A stretch of DNA of 64,000 bases from Ilumatobacteraceae bacterium. GTDB lineage: Bacteria > Actinomycetota > Acidimicrobiia > Acidimicrobiales > Ilumatobacteraceae. The stretch covers positions 6,225-70,224 of the forward strand of contig JBDSKN010000015.1 in the NCBI GenBank assembly GCA_039916865.1, read 5' to 3'. Under the pieces are notes generated by a model. It was not told where the DNA came from, ran no database searches, and saw only the letters and a list, made by a program, of their open reading frames with translations. A program made the translations under genes and the position numbers. Position 1 is the first letter of the stretch. Each line of letters opens with the position of its first letter. Below are positions 49,000 through 58,304 of this stretch, piece after piece.

Positions 49000-49849
49000 C
49001 GCGTTTCTTGCCGTTGACGTTGGCGGCACAAAACTCGCAGTCGGCATCGTAACTGTCGACGGCGAACTTATCGAGCGATCTCAAGTGCCAACACCGGCAC
49101 ATGATGTCTGGGATGCGCTGAGATCGTTAATCGACCACCAGCTGGCGAACACAAGCTGCAATATCGTTGCCTGTGGCGTCGGTTGCGGTGGTCCAATGTC
49201 AATGAACGGACAGCTTGTATCGACGCTGCATATTCCCGAGTGGCGAAATTTTCCGCTGCAATCCAAATTGAGTAGACACATTGGCTACGACACCTATATC
49301 TACAACGATGCCCAGGCCTTTGTGCTCGGTGAGCAGTGGCGGGGCCACGCCGTGGGTGAGAAAAATGTCATTGGCATGGTTGTATCGACTGGCATCGGGG
49401 GTGGGATTATTCTGGATGGATTATTGGTGCGAGGTCGACTTGGTAATGCTGGCCACATCGGTCATGTCATCGTTGAACCCAATGGCCATGAATGCGCGTG
49501 TGGATCAAGGGGCTGTCTTGAGGCTCACGCATCGGGCAGTTCAATAGCCGCATTTACCGGGATGCCGGCCGTCCAAGCGACACGCCAAGTCGTCGAACAC
49601 GCTGGGCAACTGGTGGGGCGTGCGCTGGCTTCGGTTGGTGCAATAGTGGACGCCCGCCTGGCAGTGGTTGGAGGATCGGTTGCACTCGGATTTGGCTCGC
49701 CGTTCTTTGCGGCCGCGCAACAAGAACTCGATGAGCACGCTCGGCTTGATTTCATTTCTGGAATGCGGGTAGTTCCCGCCGGTTTGGGCGATTCCGCCCC
49801 GTTGATCGGCGCCGCGGCAGTTGCTAAGTACGGTCGCGCACTAGCGTGA
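48959..49849 (+). CDS. ROK-family sugar kinase (glucokinase-like)
   Basis: LAVDVGGTKLAVG, the ROK zinc motif GHVIVEPNGHECACGSRGCLEAHASG. Start ATG 48959 overlaps the preceding gene by 41 nt. Confidence 0.85.
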   Translation: MRRLFAKSSPAAPNAFLAVDVGGTKLAVGIVTVDGELIERSQVPTPAHDVWDALRSLIDHQLANTSCNIVACGVGCGGPMSMNGQLVSTLHIPEWRNFPLQSKLSRHIGYDTYIYNDAQAFVLGEQWRGHAVGEKNVIGMVVSTGIGGGIILDGLLVRGRLGNAGHIGHVIVEPNGHECACGSRGCLEAHASGSSIAAFTGMPAVQATRQVVEHAGQLVGRALASVGAIVDARLAVVGGSVALGFGSPFFAAAQQELDEHARLDFISGMRVVPAGLGDSAPLIGAAAVAKYGRALA

Positions 49850-49854
49850 TCTAA

Positions 49855-51075
49855 ATGCAGCCAACATATAGTCCCGAAGCGGAAGAGTACCGAGAAAAAG
49901 TACAGGCGTTTTTGGCTGAAAAATTACCCGCTAGCTGGAACGGGATCGGCTCGCTTGAGGGTGCACAACTGCAGCACTTCGTCAAGGAATGGCGAGCGAC
50001 TTTGGCATCGTCGGGATACCTGGCCACAGGCTGGCCAGTTGCCTACGGAGGGGGCGGACTTTCCGCACTCGAACAGGTAATTGTGGCGGAAGAATTCACC
50101 CGTGCCGGAGTTCCAACCGGTGCTCCAAACGATGTATTTAGCATTCAGATGCTGGGCAATACGCTGCTGTTATTTGGTACCGAAGAGCAAAAAATGCATT
50201 ACCTTCCGCGCATCATTTCTGGACAAGACACCTGGTGCCAGGGGTATAGCGAGCCAAATGCCGGAAGCGACCTTAGCAATGTTGGTTTGCGCGCGGAGTT
50301 GGATGGCGATCAATGGCTGCTAAACGGTCAAAAAATTTGGACATCGTCCGGCCACATGGCCGACCACATTTTTACTCTCTGTCGTACCGATCCAAGCGCT
50401 CCAAAACACAAGGGGATCTCGTTCATCCTTGTGGATATGCGACAGCCAGGAATCGAAGTGCGACCGATCAAGATGTTGTCGGGCGAAAGCGAATTTAACG
50501 AGGTCTTTTACACGGATGTGGTCGTCCCCAAGGAAAACGTTGTCGGTGGGGTAAATAACGGCTGGGCCGTGGCAATGGGACTACTCGGTTTTGAACGTGG
50601 GGAATCGGCCGCGACCGCACCAATTCGCTTTCAGGTGGAATTCGATCGCTTAGTGGAACTGGCTCGGCAATACGGAGTTTCCGATGATCCACGCATTCGG
50701 CAACGACTGGCCTGGTGTTACTCGAAGGTCCAAATCATGCGATATCTGGGCTTGCGAACACTTACAAAATTTCTCGCCGGTCATCATCCCGGACCCGACG
50801 GCGCAATTTCCAAACTGTATTGGAGCGAATATCACAAGATCATCACGGAACTGGCCGTCGACATACTTGGTGCGGACGCAATGGTTCCAACAGGTCGGAG
50901 ACCATCAAGTTCATTTGGAACGGATGACGCAGGTGTGGCGAATAGTTCGATGAGTTGGGCGATGACGTTTCTTAACGCCCGTGCCGGAACAATTTATGCC
51001 GGCTCATCACAGATCCAGCGCAATATAATTGGTGAAATGGTGCTCGGTTTGCCCAAGGAACCGAAACCAAACTGA
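49855..51075 (+). CDS. Acyl-CoA dehydrogenase family protein
   Basis: WCQGYSEPNAGSDL, QKIWTSSG, and C-terminal IYAGSSQIQRNIIGE. Confidence 0.9.
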   Translation: MQPTYSPEAEEYREKVQAFLAEKLPASWNGIGSLEGAQLQHFVKEWRATLASSGYLATGWPVAYGGGGLSALEQVIVAEEFTRAGVPTGAPNDVFSIQMLGNTLLLFGTEEQKMHYLPRIISGQDTWCQGYSEPNAGSDLSNVGLRAELDGDQWLLNGQKIWTSSGHMADHIFTLCRTDPSAPKHKGISFILVDMRQPGIEVRPIKMLSGESEFNEVFYTDVVVPKENVVGGVNNGWAVAMGLLGFERGESAATAPIRFQVEFDRLVELARQYGVSDDPRIRQRLAWCYSKVQIMRYLGLRTLTKFLAGHHPGPDGAISKLYWSEYHKIITELAVDILGADAMVPTGRRPSSSFGTDDAGVANSSMSWAMTFLNARAGTIYAGSSQIQRNIIGEMVLGLPKEPKPN

Positions 51076-51079
51076 ACTC

Positions 51080-51361
51080 ATGTTGACCACGCGCGATTTT
51101 CTACGACTTTGCAAAGCAATTGCGAAGCGACCAGGGCTGTGGCGGACGGCGGTTCGTCAGGGCCTCCGTTTTGCTCGACGCGATTGGTGGAGAACATTGC
51201 CCTTTCTTCCCTTGCCGTCACCCGCGTATTTGGAATTTCGAGCAATCACGCATTACGGAAACCCAAAGGCGACTCCGGTGATTGCCGATGTTTTGGACTA
51301 CCTCGAGTGGTGCCGAGATTGGGACAGTACCGGCGGGGCAAGGGAAAGGCGCTGCGGTTAA
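51080..51361 (+). CDS. Hypothetical protein (93 aa)
   Basis: ORF tightly packed between the acyl-CoA dehydrogenase and HNH genes. No motif recognised. Confidence 0.4.
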   Translation: MLTTRDFLRLCKAIAKRPGLWRTAVRQGLRFARRDWWRTLPFLPLPSPAYLEFRAITHYGNPKATPVIADVLDYLEWCRDWDSTGGARERRCG

Positions 51362-51364
51362 CTC

Positions 51365-51862
51365 ATGCGTAGCGCGCTCGTTCTCAACGCAACATTCGAG
51401 CCGCTGAGCATCGTCTCTGCCCGCCGAGCAGTTTGGCTGGTGCTTTCCGAAAAAGCAGAAATAATTGAAGACGATGGCTCCGAGATCCATTCGGTTTCGA
51501 TTTCGATTCCAGGTCCACTTGTGATTCGCCTTCGCTATTTGGTCAAGGTTCCGTATCACCGACGCACGGCGCTGTCGAGGCGTGCCGTGTTTGCGCGAGA
51601 TGACCATCGATGCCAATATTGCGGCGGCACTGCCGACAGCATCGATCATGTGATGCCACGCTCACGCGGAGGAATGCATGTTTGGGAAAATGTGACCGCC
51701 GCATGTCGCGGATGCAATCTGACAAAACGCGACCGAACTCCCGAAGAAGCCGGCATGCACCTGTTTAGCAAGCCGCATGCGCCTCGCGAATTGGCGTGGA
51801 TTGCCGTATCAGTGGGTCGTGTTCCTGATGCCTGGAAGCAGTATCTTGCAGTCGCGTCCTAG
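51365..51862 (+). CDS. HNH endonuclease family protein
   Basis: DDHRCQYCGG...IDHVMPRSRGG...WENVTAACRGCNLTK: an HNH/Cys4 motif. Confidence 0.8.
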   Translation: MRSALVLNATFEPLSIVSARRAVWLVLSEKAEIIEDDGSEIHSVSISIPGPLVIRLRYLVKVPYHRRTALSRRAVFARDDHRCQYCGGTADSIDHVMPRSRGGMHVWENVTAACRGCNLTKRDRTPEEAGMHLFSKPHAPRELAWIAVSVGRVPDAWKQYLAVAS

Positions 51863-51905
51863 CCCAAACTGGCAAGTTCACGAAGTCGAGCAATCAGCAT
51901 CGGAG

Positions 51906-52514
51906 ATGCACTCCCGAGATCTCCCGGCCGAGCGGGGTATCTGGAATGTCAAAGTCGCAAACGCGGCGCTGGTGTTGGGATCCAGTCAGCGCGACGATGT
52001 AGTCGATCTCGAGGAAAGCGGCAAGGCCAAGGTTGACGTGGTCCATCGACGTACAGGCGGCGGTGCCGTGTATCTGGAAATTGGCCAACACCTGTGGGTG
52101 GATGTAGTTGTCCCGGTAGATGATGATTTGTGGAGCGACGATGTCGTGATCTCGTCGCAGTGGATTGGGGACGCATGGAGCCGGGTCCTTACAACTTTTG
52201 GCGAGTCATTGCTCAGCGTTCATCGGCGCAGAGTCGAACCCTCCACCTGGTCCAAACTCATTTGTTTCGCCGGTTTGGGGCCAGGCGAAGTTTTGACCAA
52301 CGGAAGGAAGGTGGTTGGGATTAGTCAGCGACGGACCAACAAGTCGGCTCGCTTTCAGTGCTTCATACATCGGCGCTGGGTACCGGAGATTTTTTTGTCG
52401 CTTTTGGCCTTACCGCGACCAAGTATCGAGGAGTTATCCGAACTCGTGGCGGTAGTTGACCACGATCCAACCCTGGTGTTTAAGGCGTTCGTCGACGAAC
52501 TGAAATTGCTCTAG
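51906..52514 (+). CDS. Biotin/lipoate A/B protein ligase family protein
   Basis: RRTGGGAVY and the catalytic-Lys context NGRKVVGISQRR. Start uncertain; the ORF-track start 51777 overlaps the HNH gene. Confidence 0.65.
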   Translation: MHSRDLPAERGIWNVKVANAALVLGSSQRDDVVDLEESGKAKVDVVHRRTGGGAVYLEIGQHLWVDVVVPVDDDLWSDDVVISSQWIGDAWSRVLTTFGESLLSVHRRRVEPSTWSKLICFAGLGPGEVLTNGRKVVGISQRRTNKSARFQCFIHRRWVPEIFLSLLALPRPSIEELSELVAVVDHDPTLVFKAFVDELKLL

Positions 52515-52740
52515 TCGCCGGCGTGTGATCTGAGTACGCAGAATGAGAACAAGTCCAAGCATGAACTTGTAATCAATAGGCGATTTGACTTGAAGGATGC
52601 CCCCGATGCGTTTCGTTATCTCGAACTTGGCCACGCCCGGGGCAAGATAATAATTACCCCTTAATCGCCCGCAAGTCCATTAAATAAGGCATTCATCCGC
52701 TTCCTTGGAATTTCGCCGACTCTATTTTGACACCCTCTCC

Positions 52741-52786
52741 GTGGGGCAAAGTGGGGGCTAATACATCTCTGTGGGGCAAAGTGGGG
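52741..52786 (+). promoter_or_regulatory. Array of four GTGGGG boxes in 10-bp register; putative MraZ operator
   Basis: The 16-mer GTGGGGCAAAGTGGGG occurs twice (52741-52756 and 52771-52786), placing boxes at 52741, 52751, 52771 and 52781. This is 72-117 nt upstream of the mraZ GTG. A TTGACA lies at 52727-52732 and a TATAGT at 52788-52793. Confidence 0.5.
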
Positions 52787-52857
52787 ATATAGTGCTCGAC
52801 AGGGAAGTGGAGTGATCTCCGCCCCCTGGCAGCAAGAAAACGGCAGCGGAGGCCACG

Positions 52858-53274
52858 GTGTTTGTAGGGGTACATGAACGACAGCTCGACCCCAAGGGTC
52901 GCGTTGCGCTCCCAGCAACATTCCGCCCGCAACTCGAGCCACGCTGTTACCTCTCAATTGGCCGCGATAAGTGCGTAGACGTACTCACCGCGGCCTCCTT
53001 TGAGGAAGTTGCGCGAGATTCCGTGGCCAAAGTGCGCGCAGGCGAAATGGATCGAAATCAACAACGCGCGCTTGCCTCTAACACGTTTGAAGTTGCGGTG
53101 GATGCCCAAGGACGAATCAATGTCGACGAGAAACTGCGCCAGTACGCCGGACTCCAGTTGAATTCGCGAATTGTCGTGGCCGGATCGTTCGACCGGGTTG
53201 AACTGTGGGAGTCCGACCGTCATGGACGGATAAGTAGTGAGGGAATTACTCAGATCGCCGGACTCGAGTCGTGA
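52858..53274 (+). CDS. mraZ: Transcriptional regulator MraZ
   Basis: (M)FVGVHERQLDPKGRVALPATFR and a second SpoVT/AbrB-like repeat DAQGRINVDEKLR. A GGAGG RBS lies 5 nt upstream. Confidence 0.95.
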   Translation: MFVGVHERQLDPKGRVALPATFRPQLEPRCYLSIGRDKCVDVLTAASFEEVARDSVAKVRAGEMDRNQQRALASNTFEVAVDAQGRINVDEKLRQYAGLQLNSRIVVAGSFDRVELWESDRHGRISSEGITQIAGLES

Positions 53275-53359
53275 ATTCAGATTTTGTTTGTCGTGAATCC
53301 GAAAGGGGGGTCTGAAGCAAAACGTTGTAGTGCAACCACCTTCGACGTAGCAACCATTT

Positions 53360-53476
53360 CACCCATCAGCAGTCTCCCGGTCAGCAAATGGACAGCTCCT
53401 ACTCCGCCCGCTTCCATTCGCTCGATCCGGGGAGAAATCCCGGCGGCATAGCAGGCCGGGGGGCTGCTGATGGGTG
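53360..53476 (+). ncRNA. Structured cis-RNA in the mraZ-rsmH spacer (mraW-motif-like)
   Basis: A 23-bp closing helix pairs 53360-53382 (CACCCATCAGCAGTCTCCCGGTC) with 53454-53476 (GGCCGGGGGGCTGCTGATGGGTG), including 3 G-U pairs. Inside are a 10-bp stem (53383-53392 / 53413-53422, 1 mismatch) and a GAAA-capped hairpin (53427-53443). Confidence 0.45.
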
Positions 53477-53527
53477 GGGCGGTACTCGCGCTAGGTCGGA
53501 TTGCCCGCAGACGGCTTCGTTACTTTC

Positions 53528-54517
53528 ATGACGTCACCACACGAAAAATTTGAACATAACTCGGTAATGGAAGATGAGATTGCCGAAGTATTCGCCTGTG
53601 TCCCACACGGAGTTGTTATCGATGCAACCCTCGGCGGTGCTGGCCATTCCGTGAAGCTGCTTCAAACATATGCATGGATGCGCGTTGTGGGCATCGACCG
53701 CGATCCACAAGCGATCGCGAACTCCGAAAGGGTTATTGCTTCGCATCCGGAGATTGGCGATCGTCTCGTCGTTCGACACGGGCTGTTCAATCAGATTCCA
53801 CAATTAATGCAAGAAATGCAACTGACCGAAATTGCGGGTGCGCTTTTTGATCTAGGAGTCTCGTCCCCACAATTTGATCTGCCCCAGCGCGGATTTTCAT
53901 ATCGTCATGAGGGTCCGCTCGACATGCGAATGGATACCAATGCGAAACTCAGCGCTTCCGATGTTGTAAACGGCTATGACACGGAGCAACTAACTCGGGT
54001 AATTCGCGAATATTCCGATGAACGGTTTGCTTTCCGAATCGCGCGGGCGATTGTGACTCATCGCCCAATCTCGACTACGACCGAACTTGCGGAGATTATC
54101 TCGACGGCTATTCCCGCACCAGCGCGGCGAACCGGTGGCCATCCGGCGAAGAGAACGTTCCAAGCAATCCGAATCGAAGTCAACGCGGAATTGGATATGT
54201 TGCCAACTGCTCTTGACGATGCAATCGAGGCCACAGCGGCGGGCGGGCGTATCGCAGTGCTCACATACCACTCTGGCGAGGACCGAATTGTAAAACGAGT
54301 CTTTAGCGAGGCCGAAGTTGATCCAACGGTGGAAAATATTGCAACACCGTATTTACACCCGCGTCAATCGGCGTATAAAAGGGTTCGACGGGTTCGTGTC
54401 CGAGAGACACCAAGCGAAATTGAAATTGCTCGCAATCCACGCTCCAAGTCCGCACGTTTACGGGTGATCGAAAAATCTTCTGTGTCGATGTCTCCCCAGA
54501 TGACCGCAGGGGTTTGA
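53528..54517 (+). CDS. rsmH: 16S rRNA (cytosine1402-N4)-methyltransferase
   Basis: HNSVMEDEI..., the SAM site IDATLGGAGHS, DLGVSSPQFD, LTYHSGEDRIVK. Confidence 0.95.
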   Translation: MTSPHEKFEHNSVMEDEIAEVFACVPHGVVIDATLGGAGHSVKLLQTYAWMRVVGIDRDPQAIANSERVIASHPEIGDRLVVRHGLFNQIPQLMQEMQLTEIAGALFDLGVSSPQFDLPQRGFSYRHEGPLDMRMDTNAKLSASDVVNGYDTEQLTRVIREYSDERFAFRIARAIVTHRPISTTTELAEIISTAIPAPARRTGGHPAKRTFQAIRIEVNAELDMLPTALDDAIEATAAGGRIAVLTYHSGEDRIVKRVFSEAEVDPTVENIATPYLHPRQSAYKRVRRVRVRETPSEIEIARNPRSKSARLRVIEKSSVSMSPQMTAGV

Positions 54518-54518
54518 G

Positions 54519-55025
54519 ATGTCCCTCGCCTATGCCACCGAGAGATCACCGCGCCGACAACCTGCACGACATCAACCTGCACGACCTCAACCCGCTCGAC
54601 CCGAGCGCCATCTTTCGGTTGTACCGGACGTTGGTCGTCGGACGATTTCCTATGTGTTAATAGTAATGGTGTCGGTTTTTGCGATGATGGCGGTAGCCAT
54701 TGGGTTCCAGGCATTCATCGCCGAACAACAACTTAAACTAGACAAAGTCACGACTGATCTTCGGCTAGCCCGGCTCAATTTTGACGAATTGCGACAACAG
54801 CGTGCCGACCTCTTGGCACCCGACTATTTGCGTGAAAAAGCACGGTTGATGGGCATGTCCCAAGGTCTTGGTTCGCGATTTATAGATGTACCGGCCGACA
54901 TTGTGGCCCAGGTCGTCGCGTCGACCGGGACCATGGACTCAGTATTCGCGGATCCGGTGACAACACCAATCATTCAGCCCGGCGGTTTGATCAACTCTTT
55001 TCAGATATCGGTAGTCCAGCCGTGA
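54519..55025 (+). CDS. ftsL: Cell division protein FtsL-like (septum formation initiator)
   Basis: Basic/Pro-rich N-terminus, a single TM segment (ISYVLIVMVSVFAMMAVAIGF) and a coiled coil (QQLKLDKVTTDLRLARLNFDELRQQ). Position between rsmH and ftsI. Confidence 0.7.
   Translation: MSLAYATERSPRRQPARHQPARPQPARPERHLSVVPDVGRRTISYVLIVMVSVFAMMAVAIGFQAFIAEQQLKLDKVTTDLRLARLNFDELRQQRADLLAPDYLREKARLMGMSQGLGSRFIDVPADIVAQVVASTGTMDSVFADPVTTPIIQPGGLINSFQISVVQP
54558..54602 (+). repeat. 3 x 15-nt in-frame tandem repeat encoding QPARH-QPARP-QPARP
   Basis: CAACCTGCACGACAT / CAACCTGCACGACCT / CAACCCGCTCGACCC, codon-aligned within ftsL. Confidence 0.85.
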
Positions 55026-56872
55026 ACTCGACAATTAGGTCCATTCGCGCTCGCGAGTTACTGCGCGGTCAGGCACGTCGAGCGACCGAGTCGATGACCA
55101 CAAACTTGCAGGGCGGCAACATTCGAGTTCGGCTCGTTGCCATGTGGTTCTTCATCACGGCCATGCTGTTAGTCGTATTGCTTCGTGTCACACTTCTGCA
55201 AACAATTTGGGCCAGCGGTTACCAGCAGGCGAGCGTTGACCAGCGCACTCGTGTAAATATTGTTCGCGCCGAGCGGGGCTCAATTCTCGACCGGCAAGGG
55301 TTTGAACTGGCGCTTCCTGTGCCGACGCGAACGATCTATGCCGATCCGCGAGTAGTGGTTGACCCGGTTGGAACCACCCATGCGATTGCTGGTCTATTGC
55401 AGCTCACGCCAGAGAAGGAAACCGCGCTTGCGTCTTTATTGCAAAATACCGGATCCAGTTTTGCATATGTCACCCGGCAATCTCCGCAAAATATTGCCGA
55501 CGCAATCTTGGCGCTTCAGCTTCCCGGAATTTCCTCCTACATTGAGTCGAGCCGGCTGCTCACTAGCGAAACACTAAGGGCGGTAGTTGGGCGAACCGAT
55601 ATTGATGGAGTCGGAATCTCTGGACTGGAGAAACAATTCAACGAAGTCTTGGCCGGCGTCGACGGCCGAAGCGTGCGAGAAGTTAATAGCGATGGCCAAT
55701 CAATTTCTACCGGCTCCGACGACGGCATTCGCGCAATTCGCGGAACGGACATCGTGACAACGATTGACCGAAATATTCAGTTTCAAATTGACGGGATCGT
55801 GACTCAGCAAATCGAACGAATTGGTGCAAGAAGCGGTACGGCAATCGTGATGGACACGGCGACCGGTGAAATTTATGCGATGTCTAGTGTTCGTCGAAAT
55901 GCGGACGGCACTTACTCCAGCGACTCAGGTAACTTTGCGGCAGTCGAAGCATACGAACCCGGATCTGTAGCCAAAGTATTTAGTATTGCCGCCGCACTGA
56001 ACGAGGGAAATATCGTTCCAGCTTCAACTTTCAAGGTCCCTGGAATCCAGGTATTCGACCAGGGCACTCAATGGGAATACACAATCAGCGATGCCTATCC
56101 GCATGCTCTAGAAGACATGACGGTACGCCGGATCATTGTCGACTCTTCGAATCTCGGAGCCGCGTTAATTTCTCAAACCATGACGACTCAAACATTCTTC
56201 GATTACCTGAAGTCATTCGGCTTTGGTTCGAAAACAGATTTAGGATTTCCGGCCGAAGCGCAGGGGGCACTAAAACTGGCGAAGGATCTGCAGGGCACCG
56301 AGAAAATAACAAGGGCGTATGGGTACGGTTATTCAGCAACCGCCGTCCAACTTGTCTCAGCCGTCAATGTGGTTGCCAATGATGGTGTCTATGTTGCCCC
56401 AAAGATATTGGCGGCCAAGATTGATGGTGACGGTATCAATACTCCGACCCCGCCGTCGGATTCGCATCGAGTGATTTCGTCGGAATCGGCGCAATCGATG
56501 CGAGCCCTATTGACCGATGTGGTGTGTTTCGGTACCGGTAAACTGGCCAAGATTCAGGGTATGAGCGTGGCCGGCAAGACGGGTACGGGATACAAGCTGC
56601 AGGACAACGGCACCTACATCACCGATGCAGGCGCGCGCGCATATTTTGCTTCATTCGTCGGATTCCTGCCGGCCGATAAGCCAAAGTTCACGGTGTTGGT
56701 ATCCATTGATGAACCTGATCCGGCGACGCAGGACCGCTTCGGCGCGACCGCCGCAGCGCCGGTTTTCGCCACTATCTCTCACGTACTAATCAACGAGCTT
56801 GACATTCGCCCCTCGGCAACGGACTCCGGTTGCCCGCTCAAGAGACCAGCTGAACTCGGTCCGGGACACTGA
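55022..56872 (+). CDS. ftsI: Class B penicillin-binding protein, division-specific (FtsI/PBP3)
   Basis: N-terminal TM segment, then transpeptidase motifs (GSVAKV region, SSN, KTGTG). GTGA overlap with ftsL. Confidence 0.9.
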   Translation: MNSTIRSIRARELLRGQARRATESMTTNLQGGNIRVRLVAMWFFITAMLLVVLLRVTLLQTIWASGYQQASVDQRTRVNIVRAERGSILDRQGFELALPVPTRTIYADPRVVVDPVGTTHAIAGLLQLTPEKETALASLLQNTGSSFAYVTRQSPQNIADAILALQLPGISSYIESSRLLTSETLRAVVGRTDIDGVGISGLEKQFNEVLAGVDGRSVREVNSDGQSISTGSDDGIRAIRGTDIVTTIDRNIQFQIDGIVTQQIERIGARSGTAIVMDTATGEIYAMSSVRRNADGTYSSDSGNFAAVEAYEPGSVAKVFSIAAALNEGNIVPASTFKVPGIQVFDQGTQWEYTISDAYPHALEDMTVRRIIVDSSNLGAALISQTMTTQTFFDYLKSFGFGSKTDLGFPAEAQGALKLAKDLQGTEKITRAYGYGYSATAVQLVSAVNVVANDGVYVAPKILAAKIDGDGINTPTPPSDSHRVISSESAQSMRALLTDVVCFGTGKLAKIQGMSVAGKTGTGYKLQDNGTYITDAGARAYFASFVGFLPADKPKFTVLVSIDEPDPATQDRFGATAAAPVFATISHVLINELDIRPSATDSGCPLKRPAELGPGH

Positions 56873-56876
56873 CCAA

Positions 56877-58304
56877 GTGTCGACAGTTTCACTACCTCTT
56901 TCCGCTCTTTTGGAATCGGCGAAAAACATTGTTCCCACTTTGGTCTCTGGAGATCTGGCGGTCGAGATTACCGGTGTCGCATATGACTCACATGGCGTCA
57001 GACCAGGGACATTGTTCTGTTGCCTGCAGGGTGAAAACTTCGACGGACATGAATTTGCCGACGAGGCGGTCGAGGCGGGGGCGGTCGCACTACTGGTAAG
57101 TCATCGGATTTCGGTCGAAGTACCGCAAATTCAGGTCGACGATGTCCGCCTGGCAATGGCATGGATATCTGCGGCGTTTTATGGAAATCCAAGCCAAATA
57201 TTGAATGTCATTGCGGTCACCGGAACTAATGGCAAAACCACAACTGCACATCTCCTGGCGGCGATATTGCGCCAGCACGGTTGGGATACCGAGGTTGTCG
57301 GCACACTATCCAGCGTCCGAACTACGCCCGAGGCGCCTGATTTGCAGCGTAAATTTGCCGAGCAGCTGCAGTCCGGTAAACGCGCAGTAGTAATGGAGGT
57401 GTCTTCGCATGCACTTGCCCAGGATCGAGTCGTCGGGACTCGTTTTCGGGCCTCGATCTTCACCAATCTCTCTCGAGAACATCTGGATTTCCACGGCACC
57501 ATTGAGCGATATTTTTCGGCCAAGGCGTCCCTGTTTCGCAGCGAACTTACCGATGTAGGAATTATCAATCGTGATGATGTGCACGGAAAATTACTCGCCG
57601 ATACGGTTGATATTGAAACCGAGACTTTTGGTGAGAGCGATGCCTCCGACATCGAGTCGGACGCATCTCATCACGCATTCACCTGGAGAAATCAGCGAAT
57701 AGAAGTGTCAATTGGTGGTCGATTTAATGTCATGAATTCGCTTGCCGCCGCGACCGCAGCAGCCAAACTTGGTGTCGCTCCTTACGACATTGCCTTGGGT
57801 TTGGCCGCTGCGGGCACGGTGCCTGGTCGGTTTGAGGCCGTAAATGCAGGGCAATCGTTCGATGTCATTGTCGACTACGCTCACACCCCGGACGCATTAG
57901 AGCGCGTACTCCAGTCGGCGCGAAGCGTCGCTCGAAGCGGTCGAGTCATCGTCGTCTTCGGTTGTGGCGGAGATCGAGATCGGGACAAGCGACCGGACAT
58001 GGGCCACACAGCTGCTGCGTTTGCCGACGTGGTCGTGGTGACCTCTGATAATCCGAGGTCGGAAGATCCCGAGACAATAATTGCCCAAATTACAGCGGGA
58101 ATTGCTCCCGATCTAACGTCTCGGTTGCTGTCCGCAGAAGTCGATCGACGAACCGCAATCGGAATCGCATTCGGAGTTGCCGCGGCCGGCGATGTGGTTG
58201 TCATTGCAGGCAAGGGACATGAAACAACACAAACAATTGGTGAGTGTGTGATTCAGTTCAGCGATGTCGAAGTGGCACGAAAATTGCTCCAGGTGGCCTC
58301 GTGA
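56877..58304 (+). CDS. murE: UDP-N-acetylmuramoyl-L-alanyl-D-glutamate--2,6-diaminopimelate ligase
   Basis: P-loop VTGTNGKTTT, EVSSHAL, and the DNPR motif (TSDNPRSEDP) typical of meso-DAP-adding MurE. Confidence 0.9.
   Translation: MSTVSLPLSALLESAKNIVPTLVSGDLAVEITGVAYDSHGVRPGTLFCCLQGENFDGHEFADEAVEAGAVALLVSHRISVEVPQIQVDDVRLAMAWISAAFYGNPSQILNVIAVTGTNGKTTTAHLLAAILRQHGWDTEVVGTLSSVRTTPEAPDLQRKFAEQLQSGKRAVVMEVSSHALAQDRVVGTRFRASIFTNLSREHLDFHGTIERYFSAKASLFRSELTDVGIINRDDVHGKLLADTVDIETETFGESDASDIESDASHHAFTWRNQRIEVSIGGRFNVMNSLAAATAAAKLGVAPYDIALGLAAAGTVPGRFEAVNAGQSFDVIVDYAHTPDALERVLQSARSVARSGRVIVVFGCGGDRDRDKRPDMGHTAAAFADVVVVTSDNPRSEDPETIIAQITAGIAPDLTSRLLSAEVDRRTAIGIAFGVAAAGDVVVIAGKGHETTQTIGECVIQFSDVEVARKLLQVAS

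Noticed and set aside
51365-51862. HNH protein as part of a restriction-modification, homing or mobile element.
   Set aside because: It is a standalone 165-aa HNH gene tightly packed among housekeeping genes. There is no methylase, ATPase partner, intron/intein context or repeats.
52434-52634. 66-aa minus-strand ORF partly overlapping the 3' end of the lipoate-ligase-family gene.
   Set aside because: It has a GTG start without an RBS, overlaps a supported gene by about 80 nt on the opposite strand, and shows no motif. It is probably spurious.
52661-52957. ORFs 52661..52957(-) and 52693..52932(-) spanning the mraZ upstream region.
   Set aside because: They run antisense through the mraZ start and the GTGGGG repeat array, and their repetitive 'HFAPQR/HFAPRR' translation merely reflects the DNA repeats.
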